A DNA stretch of 38,417 bases from contig NIVC01003860.1 of assembly GCA_002269645.1 (NCBI GenBank), positions 35,003-73,419 of the forward strand, given 5' to 3'. Within the stretch, counting starts at the first letter, position 1, and each line of letters starts with the position of its first letter. A program made the position numbers and the translations under genes. Source of the DNA: Macrostomum lignano. Taxonomy: Eukaryota. Below, piece after piece: positions 1 through 12,247 of the stretch. The notes under the pieces are model-generated. The model saw nothing but the letters and a program-made list of their open reading frames with translations, searched no databases and was not told the origin of the DNA.

Positions 1-30
1 CGCTACTTGAAAGCGACACAGATGAGACTA

Positions 31-170
31 GGCATGCAGAAAGATACTAGGACATACAGAAAGATACTAGGACATACAGAAAGATACTAGGACATACAGA
101 AAGATACTAGGACATACAGAAAGATACTAGGACATACAGAAAGATACTAGGACATACAGAAAGATACTAG
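31..170. repeat. 20-bp minisatellite (GACATACAGAAAGATACTAG), ~7 copies
   Basis: Unit read directly; the first copy is degenerate. Confidence 0.95.
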
Positions 171-446
<276 letters not shown>

Positions 447-1210
447 GGATTAAAAATGCTGCAGTCCGGCAGTGACTGAATGAGCCATCAATGCCGTTAA
501 TTTCAGGTTAAGCGGTAAGCGAGGTGCCGCAGATAAATGAGATCATATTGAGTCGGGAGCCGGGCCGATCCCCTGAATTCATTCCTCCCTCTCGGCTTCC
601 CCTACGCCAAGCCGTTTGCTGTTCGGGCTGTGGAAGGTAATTATTCAAAATCCCCACCTACCCAATCCCTAGAGAAGTTCCGCCCCACCCTCCCTCAAAT
701 CAGTTATCCCCTTCTTCCCCGACACCAGTCTGGTCTGGTGACCAAGCCCGGGACTCCCTCTCTTATGCAGTAGAAAGAAGATAAGGCGGCCCCCCGCTGC
801 CTGCACCCCCCTGTCGGACAGTGACTGATGACCCGCTCCGGTGCCTTTCTAAGCGCCACTTGAATGGAATTTTTTATTCGTTTGGAAACGAAGGCTTCTT
901 TCTTTCTTCCTAGCCAGCCGTGCCCGACCCCTTCCGCCCAAGGCCGGAAGGCCAAAGCAGAAGCAAATGGCTGTGTTGTGTTTGTGCGGCTTCGGTGCTG
1001 GTGGCTGGACAACTTTTCAAACCAGTGGGGGCGCGCATCGTCTCGGAAAATAAGCATTAGAAAAGAAACAAGCCACCGAGCCAATTCGAGCATCTCCGCT
1101 TTCATTGGCCCGCCAGCCAACCAGCTGAAGCATAAAAGCTACAAAGCCGCAAAGCAAGGACTGTTCCCGTTGAGTCCAGTCGAAGAATTCCTTTGAACCT
1201 TGAAACAGCA

Positions 1211-3478
1211 ATGAATTCGCACGTCGGCAACTTGACGCTCCTGCTGTTTTTCACTGCGCTGCTCAAATCAGCCGCTCTGTCAACTTCCGCTGTCGTTTCC
1301 CTAACCGGAGACGAAGCTGCCTCGATGTCGTCCAGGGCCGACCAGTTCTGCGCGCCCGTGCCGATCAGGGTGCCCGTCTGCTCTAAAATCCGCTACAACA
1401 CCACGGCCAGCTTCATCGCTCAGGATCGAGTCGCTTTCCTACTTGGCAATCTGCAAGAGCTTGTCAATACGAATTGCGCGCCCTACCTTCGCCTGTTGGC
1501 CTGCTCGGTGCACCTGCCTCTGTGCAACAGCGACCAGAGCCTGCTGGTCCGGCCGTGCCGAGAGTTCTGCTCCTCAGTGAAGGGACTCTGCGAGGCCCAG
1601 CTGAGGCGGTACGGCATCGAGTGGCCCAGTCACCTGAACTGCGATCAGCTAGAGCTGGAGGACAACGGCAGTAAAAAGAATCTCTGCCTGAGACCCATCG
1701 AGGAGGAGTTCAACGCCCAGATGATGAAGAAACAGCCGCCACCGCCGCATCTCCCGCTGCCGCCGCCGCTCTCGCCGCAGATTGTCGGAGCCAGCGCCGG
1801 CTCGGGAAACGGCTCCGGAACGGTGGACTCTGCCGCCACTTCCACAGCCCCCGGTTCGGCTGTGCCCGACGCTGATTGGTCCTCAGATGCTCCGAAGTGC
1901 TCCGCCGCTGAGCTTCCAGTCGGCGGAGTCGGCGGCTGGTGCGCCAAACGATGCCTGTCCAGTTACCTGTTCGCCAAGGAGGATCGCGACTTCGCCGACG
2001 CCTGGATGCTCGCCTGGTCTGTGGCCGCCGCCGCCTGCGCCATCCTGGCTTTGGTCACCTTCGCCCTGGAGCCCGGCCGGTTCCGCTATCCGGAGCGGCC
2101 GGTGGTCTGGGTGGCCGCCTGCCACCTGGTCCACGCCGGCGCCCATCTGCTGCGCGCAGCGCTCGGGCCGGAGCTTGCCTGCAGCCGCTCCTCTGCTGCC
2201 CTGTCCGGCAGCCGCGGCGAGCTGGCCCTGGTCAGCCGGCACGCCGGGCAGTGGTGCGCCGCCATCTTCCTGCTGCTGTACTTCAGCTGGCTGGCCGGCC
2301 TGCTGTGGTGGCTGGCCCTGGCGCTGTGCTGGCACCTGAGCGCCGCTCGGCGCTGGCACCATGGACTGCTGGCTGAAAGGACCGTCTGGCTTCACCTGCT
2401 GGCCTGGGGCGCCCCGCTGCTGCTGAGCGTCACTCTGCTGGTGCTGCACCGGATCGAGGGGACGAGCTCACCCACCTGTGCGTGGTGGACGGCTCCCGGC
2501 CAGCCGATCTGCTCATGTTTCAGGTGGGAAACTTTGCTAATTCTCTGGCTGTGTTGTGGGGAAGTAAAAGGATGATTGATAGATCCGGTAGATCCTCTAT
2601 TCAAATTTTCTGAAAATTTATCGATTCCGGTCAGTTTGAGCGTATTCTCCACCGCTACCGCCAACCTCCAGGTGGTGCCGATGGCCACCGCACTGCTGCT
2701 CGGCCTCGGCTTTTTGGCCTCCGCCCTGCGCTCGGCGCTGCTGTCCGCGGCCGCCGCTGATTCGCCTTTTCCAGCCGACGAGCGCCGGCAGGACCAGCGG
2801 CAGGCTGACAAATCCGCAGGCGGAGGAGGAGCTGCTCTCTCGGGATCAGCCGAAGGCGCCTCACCGGAGCAGCGGGCGGCCCGCCTCAGCCTGTTCGCCT
2901 TCCTGTTCGCCCTGCCGGCCGCCTGCGTGCTTGCTGCCAACGTCTACGAGCTGGCCGAGCGCCCGCGCTGGACTGAAAGCCTCGCAGCCGTGCTGGCCCG
3001 GCCCGGCTGCGCCAGCCGCCAAGGAGTCAACAGCATCGCCGGGTGTCGCCTGTCGTCCCGGCCGTCGGCCGCCGTTTACATGCTGAAGATTTTCATGTCG
3101 CTGACCGCGGGACTGCCGGCCGGGCTGCTGGTGTGGGCCAACTGGCAGTCGCTGAGCGCCTGGCGCGCCTGGCTGGGCCGACTGACCAGCCGCTGGACGC
3201 GCCGCAAGCAGCTGCCGCAGACCGCGCAGCCGCAGCCGCCTCCTCCAACGCGGCCGCTGGTGCCTCCGCCACCGCAGCAGCCTCAGCCGCCGTTGCCTCC
3301 GCCGCCGCCAGTCAGCCATCGTCAGCAGCGGCACTATCACGTGTTCAATCCTGCCCACAGTTGCAGCAGCAGCCAGCAGCAGTACGAGCTGCATCACGCC
3401 TACGCTACAGTTGACAGCGTCAGGTGCGACTCAGCCAGGAGCAAGCGGCTGCACGGCTGCGCTGTGTCGGATGTTTGA
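1211..3478 (+). CDS. fzd: Frizzled-family Wnt receptor, FZD4/9/10-like. Exon 1 1211-2523 (1-nt frameshift at G run 2458-2461), intron 2524-2671, exon 2 2672-3478
   Basis: Signal peptide; 10-Cys CRD (FCAPV...NLCLR); TM1-ICL1 motif FRYPERP; CAAIFLLLYF; one added G gives IEGDELTHLCVV (family VDGDELxGxC); GT..AG phase-0 intron joins LLMFQ to VVPMATALLLG; TM7 YMLKIFMSL; C-terminal class I PDZ-ligand SDV. Confidence 0.93.
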
Positions 3479-3721
3479 GCACTTTGACCCGTAATGGAAA
3501 TTCACTATTATGCTAAATGTTGTTTGCTTGATATAATTGACCTATTTTTTAAGCTTCTCACCTTCCAAATAGTTTCTTAGAAAGCTTTTTTTGAGCTCAT
3601 CGGACACGCTTGCCTGGCTGCTTGCTTGTATATAAAATTTGCTTCTCTTGACAACTCCTTTATTAATCATTAGCAGGATTATGTGGCTCTCCGAATAAGT
3701 TGGTGGGGATTGATGAGGAGA

Positions 3722-4226
3722 AAGGTCTACGACCTTTCTGGTTGGTCAGGGTGGAAGGTCTACGACTCTCTCTGATTGGTCAGGGTGGAAGGTCTAACGG
3801 CTCTCTCTGATTGGTCAGGGAGGAAGGTCTACGGCTCTCTCTGATTGGTCAGAGTGGAAGGTCTACGGCTCTCTCTGATTGGTCAGGGAGGAAGGTCTAC
3901 GGCTCTCTCTGATTGGTCAGAGTGGAAGTTCTACGGCTCTCTCTGATTGGTCAGGGTGGAAGGTCTACGGCTCTCTCTGATTGGTCAGGGTGGAAGGTCT
4001 ACGGCTCTCTCTAATTGGTCAGGGTGGAAGGTCTACGGCTCTCTCTCGATTGGTCAGGGTGGAAGGTCTAATGGCTCTCTCTGATTGGTCAGGGTGGAAG
4101 GTCTACGGCTCTCTCTAATTGGTCAGGGTGGAAGGTCTACGGGCTCTCTCTCCGATTGGTCAGGGTGGAAGGTCTAATGGCTCTCTCTGATTGGTCAGGG
4201 TGGAAGTATCTTGCTAATTGGTCAGG
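3722..4226. repeat. 34-bp minisatellite (GATTGGTCAGGGTGGAAGGTCTACGGCTCTCTCT), ~15 cores
   Basis: 15 TTGGTCAG cores counted at ~34-bp spacing. Confidence 0.95.
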
Positions 4227-4563
4227 AATAAAGGAATAAAAGTCAGTAATTGTATAGTAAATTTAGTACTTGTAACGCAACACCCAGTCAATACAAATGA
4301 TGTAATTACTATAAGCTGCATATGATACCAGTAGTTTACACTCTGCCGCTTCTTCGATTACCCAGACTATATTTTAGCTTGTCAAACTTGTAAACTATCA
4401 AATCCTTTTTCAGATTTTAATCCGTAGCTGGTACAAAATTCATATAAATTCAAAATTCATGACAGAGACAAAATGTCGCAATAATTCTACAAATACATTT
4501 GGTAGAGATTGCTAGCCAGTGAAGCAAGAAGTTCTTTGTTTGAACATCTGAGTATTATTGGTG

Positions 4564-5345
<782 letters not shown>

Positions 5346-5992
5346 TCATGACTTTATAGATAAATTTCTAAAATCCAACACGCAGCCAGCTATCTTCATC
5401 AGCTTCACTTTTTTGTAAAGTAGACTGCCTAAATATCAGATGCTGGTATTTTCCGCAGGAAACTGAAAGAGAATTGGCATTAATAAACATTTAGAATTCA
5501 GTCAGAGTACAGTGCAAGCACATGCAGTGAAAAAGAATCCATACTGTGCAGTTTAAAACCCGCGTTGTGCAACTCTCGAACAGATTTCACTGCCTTTATC
5601 TGCTGGTAAATTTATCTGTAAATGGGGGGGGGGAGTGAGAAAAAGAAAAACAGTCACTGTAGCAGAAGGATATTGATACGGGAGGGGGGCACAGGCGTGA
5701 TAAATGCCATGCATACACCGACTCGCCGCCACTTTCGGTGTGTTCTGTGCGCGAGAAGCTGGGGCCCTACATGCAGCAGTTGAGTTGTCGGGAAACTGGT
5801 GCAGCTGCATGGTGCTGAAGCTCGCACGCAAGTCAGCGCAGAGTCTCACGCCACTGTCTTGCTAAGCTAATCTTCAAGCCGCCTTTTCTGTTGCAACTCT
5901 TTGTGACTTTATTCTCACGGATCCGTTTTGCTTCACGGCTGGGGTGGGTTTCGCAAACGCGAAATTTCATTTGCTTTCATAAACGCGAAACA

Positions 5993-6788
5993 TCACAAAC
6001 GTGAAACTTCACCACCGCTAAATGTCACCTACTTTCACAAACACGAAACTTCACCACCGCTAAATGTCACCTACTTTCACAAACGTGAAAGTTCACCACC
6101 GCTAAATGTCACCTACTTTCACAAACACGAAACTTCACCACCGCTAAATGTCACCTACTTTCACAAACACGAAACTTCACCACCGCTAAATGTCACCTAC
6201 TTTCACAAACACGAAACTTCACCACCGCTAAATATCACCTACTTTCACAAACACGAAACTTCACCACCGCTAAATATCACCTAATTTCACAACCGCGAAA
6301 CTTCACCACCGCTAAATGTCACCTACTTTCACAAACGTGAAAGTTCACCACCGCTAAATGTCACCTACTTTCACAACCGCGAAACTTCACCACCGCTAAA
6401 TATCACCTACTTTCACAAACACGAAACTTCACCACCGCTAAATATCACCTACTTTCACAAACACGAAACTTCACCACCGCTAAATATCACCTAATTTCAC
6501 AACCGCGAAACTTCACCACCGCTAAATATCACCTACTTTCACAACGCGAAGCTTCACCACCGCTAAATATCACCTACTTTCACAACCGCGAAGCTTCACC
6601 ACTGCTAAATGTCACCTACTTTCACAACCGCGAAGCTTCACCACCGCTAAATATCACCTACTTTCACAACCGCGAAACTTCACCACCGCTAAATGTCACC
6701 TACTTTCACAAACACGAAACTTCACCACCGCTAAATGTCACCTACTTTCACAACCGCGAAACTTCACCACCGCTAAATGTCACCTACT
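5993..6788. repeat. 42-bp minisatellite (TTTCACAAACACGAAACTTCACCACCGCTAAATGTCACCTAC), ~19 copies
   Basis: 14-codon periodicity (HKHETSPPLNVTYF) in the ORF track; unit read directly. Confidence 0.95.
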
Positions 6789-7319
6789 AGAGTAGATCGA
6801 GTAGTACTAGATATCAGACTACTGATAGAGAGAAAGAGAGAGGAGTTTCCTGTTTGTGAAAGCAACCCCACGGTCGCATTGTGCAAATTGCAGTTTTCAA
6901 CTGCAGACTTGGCTCGTATTAATAATTAGCATCTTTATCCGGGATCGGGAGAAGCTAAAACTTCTGAGACTACTGATAGAAAGACTGATAGATCGATCGA
7001 GTTTAGCTTCCGGCGTCCGCAGTGTCTCGAATCTCGGCCGCGCTCCGAACTCGACAGGAGAATTATCTTGGAACTGCTGACGAACTCGTAATCCTACGGT
7101 CATAAATATTTTATCAAAGTGTAGGTATAATATTCTTCGTTTTATTATTCCCATTGGTAAGTTGCAGTTCGCAGTATTTTATGTGGCACCTCCAAATTTG
7201 TATGAAAATAATTTTAATGCAGATAAACCGTTGAAAAACTGAAGCAGACGGACGCTAAACTCGGTTTCTTAGAATTGAGCTGGGCCGGTTAGGGGTCGTA
7301 TGTTTGCCGTGTTTAGTAA

Positions 7320-7665
7320 AGGTGAAGAAGGAGAGATGGGGAGGAGAGGTGAAGAAGAAGAGAGGAAGAAGATGAGAGGGTGAGAAGGAAAGGGGGAGAA
7401 GGAGAGAGGAGGAGAAGGAGAGAGGAGGAGAAGGAGAGAGGAGGAGAAGGAGAGAGGAGGAGAAGGAGAGAGGAGGAGAAGGAGGAGAAGGAGAGAGGAG
7501 AAGGAGAGAGGAGGAGAAGGAGAGAGAGGAGAAGGAGAGAGGAGGAGAAGGAGAGAGGAGGAGAAGGAGAGAGGTGGAAGGAGAGACGTGGAAGGAGAGG
7601 AGGAGAAGGAGAGAGAGGGGAGAAGGGGAGTGGGGGAGAAAGAAAGGGAGAGAAAAGAGGCAAAG
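7320..7665. repeat. Polypurine tract with 13-bp GGAGAAGGAGAGA units
   Basis: Directly visible. Confidence 0.9.
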
Positions 7666-8429
7666 CAGGATGGGAAGATACCCTCGCAGTCTATGGCTTA
7701 AAGGCAGACGCTCATCAGCTTAGCGAAATTTGACAAACTCATTTTTACAACTTAAAGCCTTCGGCTATAAGCTACCCAAATGCATTTCCAATCTTCGTGT
7801 GAGTCATCTATCATAATTCAGAGAATAAACAAAACAGGGAGAAAAATAGACAGCAGAGGCTTGCAGCGAAATGAGGAAACAGGTCAGAGAACGAGAGGAT
7901 AAAAGGAAATCGGGCAGAAGCCGCGGGGATCTGAGTGCCTTCTTTGAGCATCTTCCGCCAGGTTTTACGACCCTGTCTTCCTCAGTGAGCTTCATCATTG
8001 AGGGAGCAGGAAGATGAGGCTAAATTGTGAGCTATGGGATAAGAAATCCCCTAGCAGTTTTACGATGCCCAAAATTTACGACTCGAATAATGAGGGTTGG
8101 GAAGCTTTCAATGGACTCTCAGCCACTATCGAAGTCGCTTCGTGGTTATATATTTGGCTCCCATTATATTGGCTTCAGTTCAGTCCCAGAGCGTCGGGTA
8201 ACTTCGGATATTTCGCTACGATGTGCGCTCCATGATTTACTCACATACAGATTCGAATAGACCACAACACAACAGCAACTTTGCTCAGCGACAGAAGTCA
8301 GACTGAAGCCCAGTCACAGGGTCGTTGCCACATGACACTGCAAAGTCAAGCTGAATCAGTCCCTGAGCTGAATTCGAGTTCCATTAATAAACAATATAAC
8401 AATTTGAAGTTCAACTTATACTTTTTTCA

Positions 8430-9462
8430 TTAACCACTTCGCGCCCAAGCTTGGTTCCGCAAGATGGCTTAAAAGCCCAAAGGCCTGCAGAGCAGTCCAT
8501 AGACAAATTTGTCTTTTTTGCTGAATCGAGTGCACACCCTAGAAGCCCAGAAGTAAAGTATATCACATAGTTTTTCAGCTAGCTCCTGTTCAAACCTTCC
8601 TACCCACAAATGGCTTTTACGCGGCCGAATAGGACAGCTAAAAGTGACGCCTTGCGTAGACTGGGACTCGATTCCGATTCGGAAGACGCTTTATCAAGCA
8701 ATGACTCGACGGTTTTTGAGTCAGAAACGGAGTCGGAAGGCATGGATCCAGAAATTGATCAGAGCCAAGATGAGGCGACCGCGGAATGGGTTGAAGTAAC
8801 CCCTGGAAATGACAACTCGTTTGACCACGACGGGGTGCCGGAATTCCGAGGGTTTTTGACCATCAATCTAAGCACTGGTCTACCAGAAAATCCAGACGAA
8901 AGTATGAAATAATTTTTATCAATCTTCCTGACTGAAGAGTTTCTCACCACCGTCTTGTCACATGGACCAATGAGCGAATGTGGTTGGCTGTCAGGGAGTT
9001 CCAGCAGGAGAGTGCAGAAATGGCGAGGAAGAGAGCGAGAGTTGTTGTTGAGCTTAGCGGCGAAGTGCTGGGCGAAGGATACCACAAATACACGGACGAC
9101 TCCCTGCAACGGAAGCCCAGACTCGCCCAAGCAAACGATTCCGAATTTGAAACCTGACGTTCCAGCTAAGAAGACAGTATTTTGCTGCAGCCAATGTCCC
9201 GGAAATCCTGGTCTCTGTCCAGATCCATGCTAATTCATCCACGCTTTATTTCCCTTTAACATTTCCCATTTGAGTGAAAACACAATAGAAATGCACAATG
9301 GACGTCTTTAAATCAGTCATGGCCTGCACAGCAGGCCATACTGGGCACTTGCTTTAGTGATTGGGAGATGGTTTTTGATGCCATAGACATTTTTCAATCT
9401 CTGGGTTTCTGGGCCGTTTCGGTATGGCCTGCAGTGCAGGCCTTTGGCTTCCAAATGGTTAA
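8430..9462 (+). mobile_element. Internally deleted piggyBac-like DNA transposon (~1 kb) flanked by TTAA
   Basis: TTAA|CCA at 8430-8436 and TGG|TTAA at 9456-9462; AAGCC(C)AAAGGCCTGCA shared in inverted orientation at both ends; acidic N-terminus (ORF from 8610) and C-terminal Cys-rich KKTVFCCSQCPGNPGLCPDPC typical of piggyBac transposases; DDD core absent. Confidence 0.8.
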
Positions 9463-9473
9463 AAATTTAGTTA

Positions 9474-10050
9474 TTATCTGATTGTAGGAAAAGTTATCGG
9501 AATTTTAAGTCACTTCACTTCGAACTATCATTATTATTATTGATTTTTTAGCATTCAATGTAATTTCCATCAGAGGCAATAACCTCCTGCCAACGTGCAT
9601 GCAGAGAATGGATGCCCTTGCGGTGCCACTCGGAGCTGTGGGAGCCGAAGAAGTCATGCAAATGCTTCTCCAAGTCCTCCTCATCCTTGAAGCTGTGATC
9701 AGCCATGGACTTTCTGAGCGCGACAAAAAGGTGGTAATCGGTAGGCGCAATATCTGGGCTGTAAGGTGGGTGGAGAAGAACCTTCCAACCAAGCGCCAGC
9801 AGCAGAGAGAATGGGCAACTTCCATGCTTTCATCTCCATCTGGCAGAGATGATCGGCGACGGTCGTCCAGTTGGCTGCTGATTGTTCTCAGCGAGGAGCG
9901 CCTCCAGGGCATATCGTCATCGAGTTCAGGTGGACACACACTGCAAGGTCTGTCCTCAAGGCCCAGTTCTCCATTCTCAAGGTGCTTTTACCAATCGTAC
10001 CTAATGGACTCTAAAATTACAGCTGAACTCCAACAGCGTGTCGATTGATG
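9474..10050 (-). mobile_element. Mariner (Tc1/mariner) transposase remnant with internal deletion
   Basis: Minus strand reads LGWKVLLHPPYSPDIAPTDYHLFVALRKSM...GIHSLHARWQEVIASDGNYIEC* (stop 9548-9550), the mariner YSPDLAPxDYHLF C-terminus; upstream fragment LEDRPCSVCPPELDDD resembles the mariner LEDxPRSGRP HTH linker. Confidence 0.88.
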
Positions 10051-10819
10051 AATAAGATATGAACTTGAAATGCTATCCACATTCCAAGATAAAAGAGTTA
10101 AAGGGGCAAAATTGCTTGCATGTGATATGAGCCAGCAGCTAATCATCATTTTCTCCAAATATTTTCATGTCGAGTCAAAAATAAAGCAAATATGCGCTTA
10201 TACTACTGAACAGAGAGTAGCCAGTCAAATTGATACATCCAGATAGGGCTGAGTGAACCATCTAGGGTATTTAGTATCTGTGATTGGCAGTGAACTAAGC
10301 TGGGATGACCTCGCTAACAGTAATCAATAGGAGAATTGTAATTCGTTAGAAAAAGTAGCCTTGCTCGGGAAAATTTAATCTACTGCTAATGGTAAACGAG
10401 GCAGCGTACTGAAGTTTAAAAGATAGTGATGAGGACGCACTTTTTTCCAAATCTCACGCTCGCACACGGGCTCTAAACTTGCTAGCCTACTGACAGCCGG
10501 CTATGGGCATTTTTCGCCTTTTTGTGTAGTTTTTCTAGAATTCATACTAGTAGGATTTTTGTAGCTATATGATTTTGCCGTACTTGTAGTTATAATAACA
10601 TAGGTGCAGCTTTTGGTACTTTTGGGGTCATAAATCATTGCTTTTGAGCTGGTCTGACAGCCACCTGCGCCTCGCTCAGTGTTGAGGCTGGTGCCAGATT
10701 TGGGATTAGCGATTAGCGATTTCTCTTCACCATCTTCACCTACTACTTAATAAGATCTTTCCAATGCATATTTTTTCATTGATTTTTGTAACTCCTACGC
10801 GAATGGTCATAAATCATTA

Positions 10820-12198
10820 TGTAGCGATTTTGAGTGAGTTATGACTGCACCTGGCGTATTTTTATGGCCCCGAGGGAACTAATAGGATCATCTGGTCACG
10901 TGAGTTTGGGTGGCAAAAAGCTCAGCCAATCAGAAAATTCGACGTCAGTTATAACAAATCGGCTCAGCCAATCAGCGTCGAGGTGTTCCATTATAACAAA
11001 CTGCGGTCCAGTTGGCGGCTATTTAAACCGGTGTTTTTGGCCCGCTCGGGCTTCAACCGGTTCAACCCCTGCAAACCCTTTCTGGAGACCGGCCAGGAAC
11101 TTGCTCTCTCTCTGGCCTGACCGTCGTTTCTTGATCCGCGGATTGCAACTCCCCCCATCATCATCAAGGACGAATTCCCCCGGTCATCAGCAGTGAACAT
11201 CAAAGTGAAGAGCATCACATGCTAGCTATCTGCGAAGATTGTGACATCAGCATCATCCCGAGTCTACAGCTGCAAAGCACTAAGCCGATTCGGTCACTGC
11301 GGATTACCTGGTCTCCGACTGTTGAGTTTCTGATTGGTTTGGTGAGAGCCTACCTAGACTTGCTTGATTGGGTGATCCCTTATCTGTCCCCTGTTTCAGT
11401 AGCTGGATTAGGCGCACACTTTTGCTCATTTTGTTCAGCAGTGCTGTAATCGAGGCAGAAATCATTCAATAATATTGAATTAGTAGTCTGAAACACCAAT
11501 TCAATCTGAGGTGTTAAGTGAATCAGTGAGAAGGTTAAATCTGACAGTTATTTTTATTTGTTTTTTTTTTTTGTTCGCCGATGGCTCAGATGAGTGGCTA
11601 AGCTAGTAGGCGCCGGTCACAGTGGACCAATGGCAAGACAGTTCTCAGTCGATCAATCTATCAAATCAGTGAGCAAAATTGCCAATAGTGCAAAATCGGC
11701 GCTAGAGATGTACTCTGTGCACTCTAGGTTCGCCAAGCGGCTCGGGTAATGAATCATGCGGCCTCTGAAGTTCGAGTTAGCCTATCATCAGCGCTACGAG
11801 AGGCTGGTCGGTGCGTTGAAGTCCAAAAGTGCAATTCCTCGTATTTAGCAATGTAATAGTACATGTAGCTACCCCATAGTCTCGCCACTGCAAGAATCCA
11901 CTGCACAAGTCCCCTCTGTACCTGCATGGCCAATGCGATCTAGTCCCAGCAGTGTCCCTTATCATCGGCTATGACTTCGAGATTGACAGCAAAAAGACAC
12001 TAGTTGGCAGGTAAGTGCTAAGCCCCCTCTATAGTCGGAAGCCCCATTTCGAAAGTTCCGGTTTGGTCAGCCAGGACGCACGGGCTGGTGGCAGCGGGTT
12101 AGTTAATCTGCGGATTAGCTGATCTCTACCTTCAAAATTCTCCCTGCTTGTCTCTCGCTGTCCCTCTCTTAGCTATAGGACCTAGACTGCTCGCCACA
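10820..12198 (+). mobile_element. LTR-like promoter cassette (TGTAGCG...CGCCACA)
   Basis: TG..CA ends with 6/7 terminal inverted match; CAGCCAATCAG x2 (10926, 10968), GACGTCA (10941), TATTTAAA (11020), splice donor CAG|GTAAGT (12011). No TSD and no internal retroelement ORF seen. Confidence 0.45.
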
Positions 12199-12247
12199 CG
12201 ATCAAGCTACCATGGGGCTGACCATCTGACAGGAGTGGGGGGGGGGC

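Noticed and set aside
704-1211. ORFs upstream of Frizzled
   Set aside because: No recognisable domain; probably promoter/5' UTR shadow ORFs.
1474-3414. Many overlapping alternative-frame ORFs within Frizzled
   Set aside because: Expected in GC-rich coding DNA; no independent motifs.
5553-5849. 98-aa minus-strand ORF with a possible donor
   Set aside because: No family motif or partner exons identified.
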